From Squalus acanthias (lineage: Eukaryota): 64,000 nt of DNA. Position 1 is the first letter of the stretch; every line of letters begins with the position of its first letter. The translations under genes and the position numbers were made by a program. Positions 60,723-64,000 of the stretch are shown here, piece by piece. The notes beneath the pieces are model-generated. The model did no database searches, was not told the DNA's origin, and saw nothing but the letters and a program-made list of their open reading frames with translations. The stretch is from the NCBI GenBank assembly GCA_030390025.1, contig CM059432.1, forward strand, positions 38,938,001 to 39,002,000, given 5' to 3'.

Positions 60723-62252
60723 GGGCTGGATTTTCATTGACCCGTGGAGGTGGGTTTGGAGGCGTGTGGGGGGTTAAAATTGCGAAAACTGGCGGGCGGG
60801 CACAAGCCCGCCTCCATCCCGCCTCCACACAATTTTCATTAAATCGTGTCTGCTGGTCCCGACTCCGTCCCGCCTCTAAGAGGCGGGATAGGCTGTTAAG
60901 GCCCTTAACAAGCACTAAATTGCCTCTATAATGCCATTTTGAAAGGCCTTTGTGATTTTAACCCTTTTTCTACGTGAAGTACGCCTGTTCTGAACCACAA
61001 ATGTGAAACCTGGCGGGAGCACATTTGGCTGGCTGGCTGGCTGGCACGCCTGTTCTGAACTACGAATGTGAAACCTGGCGGGAGCACATTTGGCTGGCTG
61101 GCTGGCAGGCATATCTGGATGGATGGATGGATGAGGAGGAGACGTATCTGGATGGATGGATGAGGAGGAGATATATCTGGGAGTGGTGGTGCAAAAATAT
61201 CTGGGAGCAGACTTCGGGCTGCTGCTGCTCATTTTGCATCCAGGTCCTCTCACAGCAAAGGCCAGGCAGTCTTTGCAGACCTTCAATGCAGCAGCAATGA
61301 TGACATCATCAGAGGCGACTTTCAGACTGAAAATGTTGGCCCAAAAATTCGGCCGTTCTCAGGTGAGTACTCAGTGCGTACTCACCCGTATTCGTTCCCG
61401 AAGTGCCGGTTTCCTGCATGCACTGCGCATGCGTGGGAAACCGGCACTTCCGGTATGGCGAAGGGGGCGGTTCCTAGGTGAACCGTGTGCACACTAGAGG
61501 CTGTGCGCACGCAGCACACTTAGGTTTTTTTTCAGGTTTCAACGCGAGGGTAAGTATGGAAGATTCTATGCAAGTAAAAAGGAGGCGTAAGACCCCTTTT
61601 GAACAAGGTAAGTAGTTAATTAAGTGTAATTTAAATTTTTTTTCAACAGGTTTATCTTTTTTAGAGACTTTAAGGAAAGGTAAGTTTATTTTTATAACTT
61701 TTAAAAAGTATTTTAATTTTTTCAAAAATTTAAATTTTTGTTTAAAGTGGTTAATTTATTTAACTATCGTTATTTTATTAATGTGATGGGTTTAAAAAAA
61801 AAATTATTTGAGGTTTAGCTGTTCTTTTGGGGCCGATTTCAATTCATAGATTTGACAGGTCCCTGTCAAATCTATGAATGAAAGATGGTCTGCTGCCATT
61901 GGCTCTCCATGGCCCACGTGATCCCAGGGGTTGCATCGCACTAACTGCGCCCCTGGAACACGCAAGCACTGCGCGCCGGCACTAGGGAGAGGCCCAGGAC
62001 CCGAAGTTCCTGCGGGGGCAAACAAGAACGGCAGACACGGTACGTGATATCGCGCGCGATCCTTACCCCCGCGGCAAGCCTCTGAATCGAATTTCTAGGC
62101 CGCTAATTGGGTCATGGGTTCCCACATGCTGGAACTCAATTGCCCAATTAGGTGAAAATTGCATCAATCTCCCACATCCAATTGCAGTCGGGTGGATAAC
62201 ACGAAAAGTGGATAACACGACCCCAACCCGCCCCAGTATCAAAATACAGCCC
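60723..62252 (+). mobile_element. PIF/Harbinger MITE, family A, with a nested family C copy
   Basis: TIRs GGGCTGGATTTT / AAAATACAGCCC; TSD TTT. Confidence 0.9.
61338..62101 (+). mobile_element. PIF/Harbinger MITE, family C
   Basis: TIRs GGCCCAAAAATTCG / CGAATTTCTAGGCC; flanks GTT/GCT; homolog of 3503-4246. Confidence 0.88.
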
Positions 62253-62255
62253 TTT

Positions 62256-62985
62256 GGGCGTGATCTTGCCAGCCCTGGGGAGGCGGGTACGGAGGCGTGA
62301 CTGCCGGGAAAATGGCAGAATTTGGGGGTGGGTGCCCAGCCATCTTCCCAGGAGGCAGGTAGCTGTCCCACGCCGGGTCCCATCTCCTTGGAGGCGGGAA
62401 AGAATTAAAGCCTATTAACTGCCTGTTAACAGGTAGTTAACAGGCAGAAAATAGGATTATCCCCTTTTTGCCCTCACAAGTGCGGGCTTCCCGAAGGCTC
62501 CGAAACCCACCAGGTCAGTGAGGCGAGTAGTGGGTCTGCGGGGGTCGGGGGGGTGCAAAAGTGCGCTGTGAAGGTAAGTGATGGGTGCAAGTGTGGAGAG
62601 GTGAGTATCTGCGGTAAGTGCAAAGTGTTAGTAAAAGTGTACTTACCTTTGTTTCTTCCTGCAGGCTTCAATCGGTGGGTATTCAGAGAGTCTCGCACCT
62701 CAACGGTAGAGATAACAGATGGCCGTTGCATTCTCCAATGCAACAACCATCTCATTTCTGCAAAAGAAAGATGTTTGATGAGGTCTTGAAATTTTTGACA
62801 GATGAAACGTCATACGTTGATGTTCTCAGTAACCGGCTTTCCCTTAATTGGCATGCTAAGCTGGGCTTAACAAGGTCAATCAAGGGAAAATAGTGTGGGT
62901 TGGCCAGAAGTTGTTGGGGGCCGAACTGAAACCCGACAAGTGGGAGTCCCACCTCCAAAAGCTCCCCATTGGCAAAATCACCCCC
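62256..62985 (+). mobile_element. PIF/Harbinger MITE, family B variant
   Basis: TIRs GGGCGTGATCTTGCC / GGCAAAATCACCCCC; TSD TTT. Confidence 0.9.
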
Positions 62986-63744
62986 TTTGTGTTCTCCTCA
63001 CAGCTTACTGTCCCACCTAGCTTTGTATTGTCAGCAAACTTGGATACATTACACTCAGTCCCTTCATCTAGGTCATTAATATATATTGTAAATAGCTGAG
63101 GCCCCAACACTGATCCTTGCGGCACCCCACTAGTTACAGCCTGCCAACCTGAAAAAGACCCGTTTATCCCTACTCTCTGTTTTCTGTCCATTAGCCAATC
63201 CTCTATCCATGCTACTATACTACCCCCAACCCCATGAGCCCTTATCTTGTGTAATAACCTTTTATGTGGCACCTTATCAAATGCCTTTTGGAAATCCAAA
63301 TATATTACATCCACTGGTTCCCCTTTATCTACCCTGCTATTTACATCCTCAAAAAACTCTAATAAATTTGTCAAACAAAATTTCCCTTTCATAAAACCAT
63401 GTTGACTCTGCCTAATCATGTTATGATTTTCTAAGTGCCCTGATACCACTTCCTTAACAATGGATTCCAGCATTTTCCCGATGACTGATGTCAGGCTAAC
63501 TGGCCTGTAGTTCCCTGTTTTCTCTCTCCCTCCTTTCTTGAATAGCAGTGTTACATTTGCTACCTTCCAATCCGCTGGGACCGTTCTAGAATCTAGGGAA
63601 TTTTGGAAGATAAAAACCAATGCATTCACTATTTCTGCAGCCACCTCTTTTAGAACCCTAGGATGTAAGCCATCAGGTCCAGGGGATTTGTCGGCTTTTA
63701 GTCCCATTAGTTTCTCGAGTACTTTTTCTCTACTTATATTAATT

Positions 63745-64000
63745 CTTCTCTTCTTACTTCTTAAGCAGTCCCTCGGAACCGAGGATGACTTGCTTCCACA
63801 TTAAAAATGAGTTCTCAGGTGACTGATGAGTCCAATGCGGGACCTACAGTCTCTGTCACAGGTGGGGCAGACGCTGGTTGAAGGGGCGGGTGGGTGGGGT
63901 GCTTGGGTTGACGTACGCTCCTTCCGCTGCTTGCACTTGGCTTCCGCTTGCTCCCGGCGAAGAGACTCGAGGTATTCGGTGCCTTCCCGGATGCTTCTCC
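63745..64000 (-). mobile_element. RTE-clade LINE 3' end (runs off the window)
   Basis: The minus strand reads RSIREGTEYLESLRREQAEAKCKQRKER...CPTCDRDCRSRIGLISHLRTHF (stop at 63801-63803), followed by a short UTR and a GAA-rich tail. Confidence 0.85.

Larger units (their letters stand above)
58986..63744 (-). mobile_element. Young CR1 LINE interrupted by four MITEs
   Basis: (CATAAGAA)3 tail at 58986; ORFs 59086-59430, 59440-59709 and 62880-63707 (KSPGPDG, NYRPVSLTS, YLDFQKAFDKV, SGVPQGSVLGP). Confidence 0.95.

Noticed and set aside
62880..63707. Functional reverse transcriptase gene or retron
   Set aside because: It is a fragment of a MITE-disrupted CR1 ORF2, and the catalytic motif reads FADN rather than FADD.

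Overview
This is eukaryotic, repeat-dense DNA, inferred to be shark or another cartilaginous fish from its repeat families: tRNA-headed Deu-domain SINEs, CR1, L2, RTE and Tx1 LINEs, Penelope-like termini, and many PIF/Harbinger derivatives. I could not confidently identify any host protein-coding exon, so the window is probably intronic or intergenic. The long ORFs I could assign come from transposons: CR1 reverse transcriptase (RT), Tx1 ORF1, and Harbinger Myb/SANT or transposase remnants. Six observations stand out. (1) A ~2-kb Tx1-like element with ORF1 but almost no ORF2 sits in the tRNA A-box of a SINE, with an 18-bp target-site duplication (TSD). (2) Two short fold-back Penelope-like insertions carry hammerhead-like cores and their own TSDs; one is a perfect palindrome with 109-bp arms. 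(3) A tRNA-like SINE head runs directly into a LINE endonuclease/RT frame. (4) Several Harbinger derivatives retain the intron-containing Myb/SANT gene but little or no transposase. (5) Two MITEs lie back-to-back on a triplicated TTT target inside a deeply nested stack at 55.7-64 kb. (6) A 1-kb minisatellite has a 239-bp higher-order duplication. Family names come from motif recognition, not database searches, and the boundaries of degraded elements are approximate.
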